From NCBI GenBank assembly GCA_037310415.1, contig CP147780.1, positions 1,344,001 through 1,408,000 of the forward strand: a DNA stretch of 64,000 bases, in the 5' to 3' direction. Below are positions 1 through 9,714 of the stretch, piece after piece. The notes under the pieces were generated by a model. That model saw nothing but the letters and a program-made list of their open reading frames with translations. It was not told where the DNA came from and did not search any database. Numbering within the stretch: position 1 is the first letter of the stretch; every line of letters starts with the position of its first letter. The stretch comes from Candidatus Atabeyarchaeum deiterrae (GTDB lineage Archaea > Asgardarchaeota > Atabeyarchaeia > Atabeyarchaeales > Atabeyarchaeaceae). Made by a program: the position numbers and the translations under genes.

Positions 1-828
1 GTTGACCTCCGTCTCAACCACGTTAGACAGCTCTATCTTGGCTTTTTCGCAGCCTTCCTTTAAACGATACATAGCCGTCTTGTCGTTTCTCAAGTCAATT
101 CCCGTATCCCTCCTGAAAAGATTGGCTATGTAGTCAATTATCAATTTATCCATGTCAGTTCCCCCAAGATGCGTGTCACCATTAGTCGCCTTCACTTCGA
201 ACACGTTGTTCCCGAACTCCATGATTGTCACATCATATGTTCCGCCGCCAAGCTCAAACACGAGGATCTTCAACTCCTTTCCAGCCTTGTCAACACCAAA
301 AGCTAGTGCTGATGCAGTAGGTTCATTGATCAGCCTGATTGTCTTGAGCCCAGCTATTTCCGCTGCATCTTTGGTTGCCTGTCGCTGGTTGTCATTGGAA
401 TGCGCGGGGACAGTTATGACTGCCTTTTCAAACTTCTCACCAGTCTGAGTTTCAGCGTCTCTCTTCATCTTCTGTAGAATAAATGCTGAGATCTGCTGAG
501 GAGTGTACTCCTTCCCAAATACTCTGATCTTCTCGTTAGTTCCCATCTTTCGTTTGACTTCAAATATCGTTCCTTCAGGGTTAGTTATCGCCTGTCGTCT
601 TGCTGGCTCGCCCACCAGCAACTGACCATCTTTCGTGAATGCAACAACTGAAGGAAATGCTTTCCCAGTAAGAGACACTCCCTCAGCGCTTTGAATAACG
701 ACGGGTCTACCACCCATCACCACGGCCACAGCCGAATTACTCGTTCCAAGATCTATTCCAAGAACCTTCTCCTTTTTTCCCGTCTCCTTTTTCTGCCATT
801 CAGCAGACTCATTTGTAGAGGAAGACAT
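1..828 (-). CDS. dnaK: Molecular chaperone DnaK (Hsp70), 5' part; runs off the left edge
   Basis: Not in the ORF track. Manual minus-strand translation from ATG at 828 gives [57 protein letters not shown] upstream; downstream of grpE. Confidence 0.96.
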   Translation of the reverse strand, partial: MSSSTNESAEWQKKETGKKEKVLGIDLGTSNSAVAVVMGGRPVVIQSAEGVSLTGKAFPSVVAFTKDGQLLVGEPARRQAITNPEGTIFEVKRKMGTNEKIRVFGKEYTPQQISAFILQKMKRDAETQTGEKFEKAVITVPAHSNDNQRQATKDAAEIAGLKTIRLINEPTASALAFGVDKAGKELKILVFELGGGTYDVTIMEFGNNVFEVKATNGDTHLGGTDMDKLIIDYIANLFRRDTGIDLRNDKTAMYRLKEGCEKAKIELSNVVETEVN

Positions 829-950
829 TGAAACCACCTCTCTTCTATTTCATAAAATACTGAACGTGATCGTAACAGCAAACCTGCTAGAATCTCACTA
901 TCTCAGTTCTGCAAATCGGTTATGTATACATACCCTGTTAATTTCAGGTG

Positions 951-1673
951 CTATTCTCCTTTATTAGTCTCCTTGCTCGTGTCGCCATCATCTACCTGCT
1001 CTTCTTCATTCGAACCCTGATTATCAGTGGCAGGTTTATTCTTCTCAGGCAAGCATGACACAACTACCATGCTCGGTCTAAGCACCCTATCATCAAACTT
1101 GTAGCCCGCTCTGACTTCTTCGATCACCGTGTCAACCGGACATTTATCCGTCTTAGTGACGGTCACTGCTTCATGCAACTCCGGCGTAAATTTCCTACCA
1201 ACGGCCTCGATCTTCACTATTCCCTCGCTCTTTAGGATCTTTAGGAGTTCCTTCAGAATCATCTCGATTCCGCTGATCAACTTGCTCGATTCGCCAATAG
1301 CTTTGCTTGCATTAATCGTTCTTTCCAAGTCATCCACAATACCAAGCAACTTCCCAGCAAGTCTCTCGCTTCCCCTTTTGACAAGTTCATCCATGTCTCT
1401 GGCTGTTCTCTTCTGGTAGTTCTCCAACTCAGCCCTAAGGTATTTGAGGGAGGTAAGATACTGCTCTGACTTCTTCTTCTCCTCATCAAGAGATTTTCTC
1501 AGAGCTTCGATTTGCTTCTCCTTTGGATCCTCAGTCGCTGTTTTTTGAATTTCCTTACTCTCTTCGCGGGACGCACGGCTCTTCATTTCTAGAGACTCCT
1601 CTATGGTTTTTTCCGCTTGACTCTTCTCGTCTTTGGGAGAAACACTTTTCTGCTTCTCGTGAGTTGTCATCAT
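951..1673 (-). CDS. grpE: Nucleotide exchange factor GrpE
   Basis: RAELENYQKR, FTPELHEAV and GYKFDDRVLRPSMVVV motifs; adjacent to dnaK. Start placed at MMTTHE (the ORF track extends to 1769). Confidence 0.94.
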   Translation of the reverse strand: MMTTHEKQKSVSPKDEKSQAEKTIEESLEMKSRASREESKEIQKTATEDPKEKQIEALRKSLDEEKKKSEQYLTSLKYLRAELENYQKRTARDMDELVKRGSERLAGKLLGIVDDLERTINASKAIGESSKLISGIEMILKELLKILKSEGIVKIEAVGRKFTPELHEAVTVTKTDKCPVDTVIEEVRAGYKFDDRVLRPSMVVVSCLPEKNKPATDNQGSNEEEQVDDGDTSKETNKGE

Positions 1674-1933
1674 TCTCAGACTCCGGAAAGAACTACACAT
1701 GCCGTAACCTTTGAAATTTGTATTCAGAGGGGCGCGTTGTGCGCATTGACCGTGCGAGAACGAGTGCACTTACATTCAAATTGATCTAAGTATCATACGG
1801 AGACACGTCACGCGCATATCAGTGCAGTGACATCCCAGTCTTCTAAAAAATGCGAATAGAACTCATATATAAACTCTTCGCAGAAACACAACCTCAATCT
1901 TCTCCATCGATTGTTGCTGCAACCGAAGGTTTT

Positions 1934-2614
1934 TCACTTTCTCCCTTTTATCACGAGCCAGAAAGGCCCCTTCCCAACTCTGCAGAACCTGCCAAGCTTT
2001 GACTTCCTGAGCAATGCAGAAGCCTCCTGTTGGGTGTAAGAGGACTGGATTGACCCAAGAGGCTCGCCAGCTCTCCTGAGAGAAGGAGGAACTATGAAGT
2101 GCTGTGCAAACCACATAAGACCGATGAAAACAGGTATAGCATCTCTTCGCATATCAGCAAGCACGCACTTCCCTCCACGCTTTAGAATCCGCGCAACCTC
2201 GTCAAAGACCTTTCTTGGCTCAGACCAGTGATGGAGTGACAGCGTGCTCACAACTAGGTCAAAAGACCCGTCCGGATAAGGGATGCGCTGAGCGTCTCCC
2301 TTCTTGAATGTCACACGTTCACCTAGACCGGCTTTCATTGCCCTGTTTCTGGCCAGCCTCACCATTTCGTCAGACAGGTCAACTCCTACTACCTTCAGGG
2401 AGGCATGCATTCCTGCAAGAGCGATAACCAAGCTTCCATTTCCACAGCCGATATCTATCGCCCTTACTCCCCTTACGTTGGTTGCCGCCTTCTGCGCTGC
2501 TAACCGCAACCCTAACTTGTACTGGGGCAGGTTCGTTATTAGACCGAATCCCTGCGCAACACTCGGATCCTCGATAGCTTCAATCCGTACTCTGCGCCTC
2601 GGAAAAACTCTCAA
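1934..2614 (-). CDS. Class I SAM-dependent methyltransferase (UbiE-like)
   Basis: IDIGCGNG motif I, GVDLS, GDAQRIPYPDGSFDLVVSTLSLHHW. Confidence 0.88.
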   Translation of the reverse strand: MRVFPRRRVRIEAIEDPSVAQGFGLITNLPQYKLGLRLAAQKAATNVRGVRAIDIGCGNGSLVIALAGMHASLKVVGVDLSDEMVRLARNRAMKAGLGERVTFKKGDAQRIPYPDGSFDLVVSTLSLHHWSEPRKVFDEVARILKRGGKCVLADMRRDAIPVFIGLMWFAQHFIVPPSLRRAGEPLGSIQSSYTQQEASALLRKSKLGRFCRVGKGPFWLVIKGRK

Positions 2615-2751
2615 GTCACATCAACGCCCAACTCTACAGTTTCAGCAAATTGGTGGTCAATTGGCACATAAGAGAATTTCGGTAAACATCATTCCTCACC
2701 GTGCCTAATTCCAAGTTTATTTGCTTCTTACGGTATCTTCTGATCACAAGC

Positions 2752-3354
2752 CTATTCCTTGCTTCCAACCTCGTCTTTAACTGCCTGGACAAGCCTCTTC
2801 GTCTTGTGACTTCTCAAGCCAAAGAGCCTGCCCGAGAAAGCTACAACCACCGAAACCAGATCCCTTGCACGCTCCTCTTGAGAAGAGACATGCTCTTCTT
2901 CACTTACCGCAACTATCTCCGTACCATATTTCTCACATAGCCACGATATCAACTCAAACCCGATCCTGGCCAACCTATCCTCAAAGGTCACGTAGACCTT
3001 GGCAATTTTCTTCGCGGCAATATCGCCTAAAAGGTGAAACAGTCCGTCCCTTCCAAAGTTCAGCCCTGATTTGACGTCCGTGTAGACAAGCCCCTTCGGT
3101 GCAAACTCTCTGAGAAATTCAACCTGTCTATCAAGTTCCTGTTTCTGATCCCGTGACAAGACCCTAGCGTATATTGCATCTTTCCTATCCTCCTTGATGT
3201 TCAAGAGGCGCTTAACCTCACTCTCTGGAACACGTCTCCTGCCGGAAGGAAGCCTTACACAGTGCAGTTTTCCCTCTCTATCCCACACTTGAATGGTATG
3301 AACTGCGACACCCAGTATAACTGCAGCTTCCCGTGGGCTATAATTTCTCTCCAT
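2752..3354 (-). mobile_element. tnpA: IS607-family serine recombinase/transposase TnpA, orphan (no tnpB), catalytic Ser replaced by Leu
   Basis: N-terminal MerR-like HTH (SPREAAVILGV...WDREGKL...GRRR), resolvase domain YARVLS...DQ, SGLN, DRLARIGF, C-terminal FSGRLFGLRSHK. Confidence 0.88.
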
Positions 3355-3370
3355 AGTAAAGAATAACATC

Positions 3371-3444
3371 GATACACATTTATATACATTTCCAAAATCA
3401 GAAATTGCGAGTCAAGTTCATGAAAATACATGTTGATACACATT
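3371..3444. repeat. Short direct repeats upstream of IS607 tnpA (candidate left-end binding sites)
   Basis: GATACACATT at 3371-3380 and 3435-3444, plus degenerate TATACATT (3383) and ATACATGT (3426). Confidence 0.5.
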
Positions 3445-3541
3445 ATTGGTATCAGGGAAGCATCCCAAGATTTTTAAGGGGCGGTACCCTAACGGTACGA
3501 CAACGCAAAGCAAAGATGAAATGTGGGGAGAATACAGTAAC

Positions 3542-5146
3542 ATGAATAGGAACATACTCTTCGCAGTGGTTATCATCGCATTGCTGGCAACCTCAGCTGC
3601 AGTATCCATCGCACCTGCTGCACCATCAAGCTTGGAGCGCTCTACAACACCTCAGCAGAGCAAAGCACCCGTAATTACGATTCCTGCGACAATGAAGTAC
3701 GAGATTAATGGCACACTTCTAGCATGGATCGATCTATCGGGGTATGCGCTTCTGAACACCAACTTACCTGCGTTTAAGTCGGCCAACATTACCATCCGCG
3801 AGTTCTACATAGGTATCAAAGTCACGGTATCATGCACTAACATAACAGTGGATTCGATAACAGGTGTCGGTAGCGCGACCGTTAATGTGACGGCAAGACT
3901 GGTGGGTCGAATGAACATATACGTCAACTTCAATGGAACTCAGGTAACTACACTCATAGACAACGTTGACGAGTACGATAGCTTGGCATGGAACGCGAAG
4001 TGGTTCGTGCCATGGGGAGACACCAAGAACTTCACCGCTCCAATTCCAGTAATTGGACCTGAGCAGGCTAACAGTAGCACGGCAAACCCTGACCCGCTGA
4101 AAATAGTGTTCACTTCGGCGAACGTTACCTCAGACTCTATACAATATGCTACAATTCGCCATGTACAATGGGACTTCAGCGATTGGATGAGAAACAAGTT
4201 ACAGTCTGCGCTTGACCAACTATGGAATAGCGTGGGAAGCATTATTCCTCCTGAAATATTGTCAAACCTTCTGGGCGGCTTTAACGTGGTCCGAAGTATT
4301 GGCAAAATCGACCTCTGGCTAGCTAACGCCACGGTCGGAGCAACACCGGTGCGCAATGTTCTACTGATGGCAGGCGGACTCATCAACCTACTGGTAAGAT
4401 GGAGTCTTCTTGGAAGCGGATCTTTCGCTGCATCCATTCCTTATATTGGGTCATTCAATGTGGACTACGACGTGAATCTGGCCGCTGAAGGCGGGCTAGT
4501 TTTCGCGCTATCTGTCACGAGCGACTACTATCGCACACACAATTTGATCGGTGACAACAAGATAAACACGTTCACAGTCAAAGTCCCTGAGAACGGCACC
4601 CTAACTTGGAAAAAGATTGGCGTGATTGTCTACTACGGTAGCCCGGCTCACAATATCGAGGTGACTGGAGGCACATCATGGGGTTACTACCAGTACCCAA
4701 CAGGTGATGACAAACTCTTCTTCGTCGACTATGGATGGGACGGAGTGCCAGACTTTGCAACTAATGGAACAGGTGACCCAACGCAGATCAATCTGGGCAA
4801 CGTGACTGGAACAACTCATTCGGGGACAAGATGGACAGTGAACTTGGACAAGGCTACAGGCTGGATATACTTTGACTTGAATGTTCCTCACGGGTACACC
4901 GTTAGGAGCATCACAAAGGACGGATCTGCACTCGGCACAACTCAATATTGGGTCGAAAACGGAGTGTTGTACGTATGTGATGACCCGACATCCAGCTACG
5001 TAATTGACTTCGTCTCTGGAGCTCCAGGTGGTACTGAATTAACGTTGTTCATCTATGTCGGAATAGCTGCAGTAGCCCTCATAGCGGTTGCGGCTTTCGT
5101 CTTCATGCGCAGAAGAAGCGTGTCGTCCACGGTTACCGTGAAGTGA
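3542..5146 (+). CDS. Secreted, C-terminally anchored cell-surface glycoprotein
   Basis: Signal-peptide-like MNRNILFAVVIIALLATSAA; beta-rich T/N/G/W body with many N-x-S/T sequons; C-terminal TM helix followed by MRRR. Confidence 0.75.
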   Translation: MNRNILFAVVIIALLATSAAVSIAPAAPSSLERSTTPQQSKAPVITIPATMKYEINGTLLAWIDLSGYALLNTNLPAFKSANITIREFYIGIKVTVSCTNITVDSITGVGSATVNVTARLVGRMNIYVNFNGTQVTTLIDNVDEYDSLAWNAKWFVPWGDTKNFTAPIPVIGPEQANSSTANPDPLKIVFTSANVTSDSIQYATIRHVQWDFSDWMRNKLQSALDQLWNSVGSIIPPEILSNLLGGFNVVRSIGKIDLWLANATVGATPVRNVLLMAGGLINLLVRWSLLGSGSFAASIPYIGSFNVDYDVNLAAEGGLVFALSVTSDYYRTHNLIGDNKINTFTVKVPENGTLTWKKIGVIVYYGSPAHNIEVTGGTSWGYYQYPTGDDKLFFVDYGWDGVPDFATNGTGDPTQINLGNVTGTTHSGTRWTVNLDKATGWIYFDLNVPHGYTVRSITKDGSALGTTQYWVENGVLYVCDDPTSSYVIDFVSGAPGGTELTLFIYVGIAAVALIAVAAFVFMRRRSVSSTVTVK

Positions 5147-5385
5147 TCTTAGAGTGCTGCGAAGAAAATCTGAGAATCATACCTAAACCCTTCCCTCTTT
5201 TTTTAGTGATGTTCTCATCTTTCAGAGCTGTCAGCAAGCAGCGATAGAATTCTGCGGGAATCGCAGACAAGACTCCCAAAAAGAGAAACACAGAAATAAC
5301 CGAATAGGGTACACTAATTGTCGTTCTGCAAATATTCACTCTGAATAGATTATCTGCACTGCTAGCAGATGGGGGTTGTATCTTC

Positions 5386-6132
5386 GTGGAGCGCGTGTCA
5401 ACAGGGATCGAAGGACTGGACAGATTTGTTGATGGAGGCTATCCGAAAGGACGTTCTGTTTTGGTATCCGGAGATCCAGGGTCTGGCAAGACAACTTTCG
5501 GTCTCCACTTCCTCTTGGATGGTATTGTCAACCACAAAGAGAATGGAGTCCTGGTCACTCTGATGGAGGAAGCCAAAACAGTGTTATTTGAAAACGCTGC
5601 TGAATTCGGCTTTGACTTGGCCAAGTATGAGAGCGAGGGTTCACTGTGCATTCTTGATGTTAGCCCTGTTAGAGTCGTAGTGGACAAAGAAATGGCTTAT
5701 GCTATCCCATGTGAGGAAACTGAACTCGGAACAAGAGGATTCAATGTCAGTGAACTGATCTCGCTGATAAACAAGAACATCATGCAGTCCAATGCGAGAC
5801 GCGTTGTAATAGATTCTGTAACTCCTTTGATGCTGAGCAGAAAGGATCCATTCGAAGTACGATACGATATCAGCACGATAATCAGAGCCCTAGATGCGGC
5901 TCTTGTGACGTCTCTGCTGATGTCTGAGAATCTGTCGTGTTTTGAGGAGAATGGCAAGGTTGGATTCGAATCCTTTCTCACGGATGGCGTAGTAGTTCTG
6001 AGAACCATTTGGGACAGTCGAAACATAAGGAAGCGCAACTTGGAAATTCTAAAAATGAGGGGAAGCGCTCACAGCCTCAAGCCGATTGAATATGAAATCA
6101 CGCAGAAAGGAATTCAATTGTCAATAGAATGA
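5386..6132 (+). CDS. KaiC/RAD55-family RecA-superfamily ATPase, single domain
   Basis: ERVSTGIEGLD, Walker A GDPGSGKT, RVVIDS, LTDGVVVL, ILKMRGSAH. Confidence 0.9.
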   Translation: MERVSTGIEGLDRFVDGGYPKGRSVLVSGDPGSGKTTFGLHFLLDGIVNHKENGVLVTLMEEAKTVLFENAAEFGFDLAKYESEGSLCILDVSPVRVVVDKEMAYAIPCEETELGTRGFNVSELISLINKNIMQSNARRVVIDSVTPLMLSRKDPFEVRYDISTIIRALDAALVTSLLMSENLSCFEENGKVGFESFLTDGVVVLRTIWDSRNIRKRNLEILKMRGSAHSLKPIEYEITQKGIQLSIE

Positions 6133-6204
6133 CGCAACTCAAATCAGAGCGAGTTCAAACTCTTTACTTGCCATGGTGATGTTAAGAAAACAGTTCCTTT
6201 CGGT

Positions 6205-6714
6205 CTAGAGTTCGCATGGTATTGATGGCTGCACTTTGAGGGCGACTTTGTACAGATATGAGACAAGTTGTTCGGCTCCGCTTTTTACCTTTGCTGATGT
6301 ACCTACGATGGGGGTTCCTGGAAGATTGATGGCTTTCTGCATCTCAGTTGGTCGCATAGCTTCTGGGCAGTCCTGCTTGTTTGCGGCTACGATGCATGGA
6401 GTAGTTCTTGCATCTAATGCTGTGAGGATTCTTTTGGCTTGTGAGATTGAATCTGGTTTTGTTGAATCTACTACCATGACCAAGATCCTCATTCCTCTTG
6501 AAAGTATCTCACGGACAACGGCGAACCTTTCCTGCCCAGGTGTGCCGAAGAGATGGAGTCTTACACCATCAACATCGACATTTCCATAATCCATGCAGAC
6601 AGTTGTACCCTTCTTGTCGATGTTAATTGCGTTGCCATTCGTCATCAGGTTGATCAATGAGGACTTGCCTGCTCGATAGGGTCCAGTAACAAGAACCTTC
6701 ACTTCTTTTACCAT
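6205..6714 (-). CDS. MglA-like small GTPase
   Basis: G1 GPYRAGKS, TTVCMDYG, G3 LFGTPGQERF, G4 ANKQD, G5 TSAK. Confidence 0.88.
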   Translation of the reverse strand: MVKEVKVLVTGPYRAGKSSLINLMTNGNAINIDKKGTTVCMDYGNVDVDGVRLHLFGTPGQERFAVVREILSRGMRILVMVVDSTKPDSISQAKRILTALDARTTPCIVAANKQDCPEAMRPTEMQKAINLPGTPIVGTSAKVKSGAEQLVSYLYKVALKVQPSIPCEL

Positions 6715-7014
6715 ATGCAGATCATCCCTCTACTTACAGATGCCTCCAGGGGGAGATCCCCTTTACACCATTTCCCATTTCATAAGCGCGGATCGTGACA
6801 TGGGTTGCTTGAAGAAAGGGTTGTAAGACACTTTTATCTCTTTCCAGTGTCGGTAATCTCTGGATGTTCCGAAAAGAAGATCAGCATCATACCATACTCT
6901 GAAATCGTTTTCAGCCATCTGGTGGAAAAAGGTGATGGCTTCGGCTCGCCAATCGGGAATCGTGCTGAGGAACGATCATGCGAATCTCTTGGCGATCCAA
7001 AAAAAGGAGAGAGG

Positions 7015-7812
7015 TTACTTGAGAAACTCAAACAAGGTATTCATTACTTTGTCTGGTTCTTGAGAGAAGAGTGCATGAGCACTGTTCTCAAAGTACGCTA
7101 TCTTTGCTCCCGGTATTCTGTCTGCTATGATCTTGGCGTTTTGTGGTGGCAACAGGATGTCTTTCTTACCATGCATCACTAATGTTTGCGCTTTCACCTT
7201 GGGAAGCCTTTCGTATGTGTCAAACTTCATGATGGCCCTAGTCTGCTGTGCAAAGGAATCTGGATCAATCGGGGCAATCAGCAATCGTCTGGTCACTTCT
7301 TTGATCAATTCGGGGTTCTTCTTGATGAAGTCGCTGGTGAATAATAGCGGGATAGTCGCTTTAACGACTTGCTCGGGCGGGATACCTTGTCTATTACCAG
7401 TAATGAGGCCGAGGACTTGTGGCGAAGGGGAGACTGATTTGGTACCCCCACAACTCGTTGAGCATAGAACCAGTTTCTCAACTCTGTCAGGATAATTGAG
7501 AGCGACCTCTTGAGCTATCATTCCACCCATTGAGATTCCGAGTATGTGTGCCCGCTTGATTTTCAGAGCATCCATCACCCCGATGGTATGATCAGCGAGT
7601 GTTTTGATTGTGTACTCGACTTTTGTTTTGTCTGAGCGTCCTGCTCCACAATTGTCAAAGATTACCGTCTTGAGTCTCTTTGATGTCTCCTGCAATAGCT
7701 GTGGATCCCACCAATCCGTGTTGGCTGAGAGTCCCATGATCATGACAAGCGGAAAGCCGTTGCCTTGAACCTCATAGCAGATATTTATGTCTTTGACTTT
7801 GACTTTCGGCAA
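7015..7812 (-). CDS. Alpha/beta hydrolase
   Basis: FDNCGAGRS, nucleophile elbow GISMGG, HGKKD, SAH. Confidence 0.9.
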   Translation of the reverse strand: MPKVKVKDINICYEVQGNGFPLVMIMGLSANTDWWDPQLLQETSKRLKTVIFDNCGAGRSDKTKVEYTIKTLADHTIGVMDALKIKRAHILGISMGGMIAQEVALNYPDRVEKLVLCSTSCGGTKSVSPSPQVLGLITGNRQGIPPEQVVKATIPLLFTSDFIKKNPELIKEVTRRLLIAPIDPDSFAQQTRAIMKFDTYERLPKVKAQTLVMHGKKDILLPPQNAKIIADRIPGAKIAYFENSAHALFSQEPDKVMNTLFEFLK

Positions 7813-8019
7813 TTTGATGTCCCCTCAGTAAGCAGATTGTTTGGCATGCTCTGCTTATTGATCGTGGTTCATTGCTTAAATACATTAGACGTCTCATGCT
7901 GGAACGCCGCAGATCTTCCCTTTTCTTGAACCTTAGATTCTAGTGACAATGAAAAATGGGGAAAGGGGGAGAGATTTAAACAAAGTTGTTTGTCCTTGCG
8001 TAATCAGCTTCCCGAGAGC

Positions 8020-8406
8020 TCACTTCTCCTCCAAGGGTGCGAGATTCTCTTCACTTATTGGTCTCTCGCGGAAGATGAATGCGTCTTCTCCATCAGATAC
8101 TACTCTCAGCTCATGGTCTACCTTCTGTTTGTTGAGAAATCTCTTTAAGTACACCTTAAGCTTGGTTTTTGAAATGGTCGGAGCCTCAGTTGCAGCAGGT
8201 ATTTTGCCTTTTCCTTTCTTCTTTTTTCCTCCGACCTTCTTTCCGGTTTTTTGAGTGAATGGTTTTGGTGTTAGTGCAACATCGTCTCCATCTACTTTCG
8301 CATCTACCTTCAGAGCGGCGATGCCGTTAATGAATTCTGCTAGTTTCTTCATTAGGTCGTTTCCGTGTTTCTTGAGTTCGCCGCTTTCGACGAATATCTG
8401 AGACAT
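8020..8406 (-). CDS. rpl22e: Ribosomal protein eL22 (RPL22e) homolog
   Basis: C-terminal ISKTKLKVYLKRFLNKQKVDHELRVVSDGEDAFIFR resembles the eL22 core (SKRYLKYLTKKYLKK...LRVVA...YELR). Basic, 128 aa, GGAGG SD. Confidence 0.72.
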   Translation of the reverse strand: MSQIFVESGELKKHGNDLMKKLAEFINGIAALKVDAKVDGDDVALTPKPFTQKTGKKVGGKKKKGKGKIPAATEAPTISKTKLKVYLKRFLNKQKVDHELRVVSDGEDAFIFRERPISEENLAPLEEK

Positions 8407-8582
8407 TCGACATCAATCCTCCATATCCAACGACGTCAGCATGGTGTTCGAGCGATGCTGAGCCACTCTGTCTTGAGCAGAGTCCTAAATAAGATTTGTG
8501 TATGATGTCTTCTCCTCTTTGATCGTCTCTACATTAACATCAACATTAACAGTTTTGGGTCGGAGAACTGCACCATCTTCTG

Positions 8583-8981
8583 CTAGTCGTGGGTCTCAGA
8601 GAACAGTCCCCCAAACAGACCTAAGACGAATCCCACGTAGAATCCTCCTCCTAGGAGAATCAGGCTGAGGATGGAAAACACGCTAACCAAACTTGCGGCA
8701 GCGGTCTTGCCTGTTCTTCCGCTCAATGAAGCTAACGCGAGAGAGCTTACGAGCATTATGATTCCAAAAGAGAGATTTATGTATCCCCCCCAGTCTGATA
8801 GAATCTGAATGCTTGCTTGGAGAGGTGACCGAAGAACTTGTGAGACTCCCTCAACGATTACTAGAATTGATCCTACGAGACAGAATAGTAGGCCAACCTT
8901 GTACAGCCTGTTACGCTTAGATGTTCCCTTTATGCCCCCAACCTTCGCTTCTGTCTCTTTGTCGCTGGCGCGCTTCGACAT
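8583..8981 (-). CDS. Small multi-pass membrane protein
   Basis: About four hydrophobic segments; C-terminal GGGFYVGFVLGLFGG. Confidence 0.65.
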   Translation of the reverse strand: MSKRASDKETEAKVGGIKGTSKRNRLYKVGLLFCLVGSILVIVEGVSQVLRSPLQASIQILSDWGGYINLSFGIIMLVSSLALASLSGRTGKTAAASLVSVFSILSLILLGGGFYVGFVLGLFGGLFSETHD

Positions 8982-9051
8982 TGTTCCGATCCAACCTTTT
9001 CAGAGCATTTTTCGCTATCGTATTTGACATATTCATACTTAAATGTTATAC

Positions 9052-9351
9052 TCATTTGCCTAGCAGGAAACCTAGCCCTGCTTCGACTACTTTCCGCTTT
9101 ATCTCTTTCAAGTCAGGTTTTCCAACTATCTTCAGGTCTTTCTCGCGGACGGCCACGCTGAACACAGCTTCAACTTTCTGCTCAATCTGGCGACCGCAGG
9201 TGGGGCATTTTCCTCGGAAGAAGCCGTCAAAAGTCACTCTCACATTTCCATTTTCGTTAGTGATGTTGCTGACTCGATAGTTCGGGCCTATATTCCCCTT
9301 CACATACTCAAACGCCGCTCTTTCAGGTGTCGCGTAAGCATACGTAGACAT
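9052..9351 (-). CDS. Hypothetical protein with one CxxC
   Basis: 99-aa ORF with GAGG SD and CPTC; co-oriented with acdA. Confidence 0.6.
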   Translation of the reverse strand: MSTYAYATPERAAFEYVKGNIGPNYRVSNITNENGNVRVTFDGFFRGKCPTCGRQIEQKVEAVFSVAVREKDLKIVGKPDLKEIKRKVVEAGLGFLLGK

Positions 9352-9408
9352 AACATCGCCTCAACCGACCATTCTCTGGTGGGCCCAATCTCAATCAACC
9401 TCCAACTT

Positions 9409-9711
9409 TCAAGAGAGGTTCTTCGGCCAATCGAGTTCTTTGACTTCAACGTTGAGACTGTTTCTTATTTTCTCTCCGACTTTCTTTAGGGAACTCCCAT
9501 TCTCACTTATTAATAGACACTTCCTTTCCTTCACATTTGCAATCAGAGCCGATTTGTGGAATGGTTCAGAGTAGAAATCATAGTAACTCTCAGCGTCAAC
9601 TCCGAATGCTTCCATGAACAGATCATTAAGCTTTCTTCTCTGATCGCTCTGGCTGATATAATGAGGAAATCCAAAATCCTGTGCCGCTATGTTCACCAGT
9701 TTCTCTATCAT
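9409..9711 (-). CDS. Hypothetical protein
   Basis: 100-aa ORF starting 3 nt after the acdA stop. Confidence 0.6.
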   Translation of the reverse strand: MIEKLVNIAAQDFGFPHYISQSDQRRKLNDLFMEAFGVDAESYYDFYSEPFHKSALIANVKERKCLLISENGSSLKKVGEKIRNSLNVEVKELDWPKNLS

Positions 9712-9714
9712 TTC

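Noticed and set aside
7828-7858. Inverted repeat TAAGCAGA/TCTGCTTA upstream of the hydrolase
   Set aside because: Single occurrence with no supporting context, so no function can be assigned.
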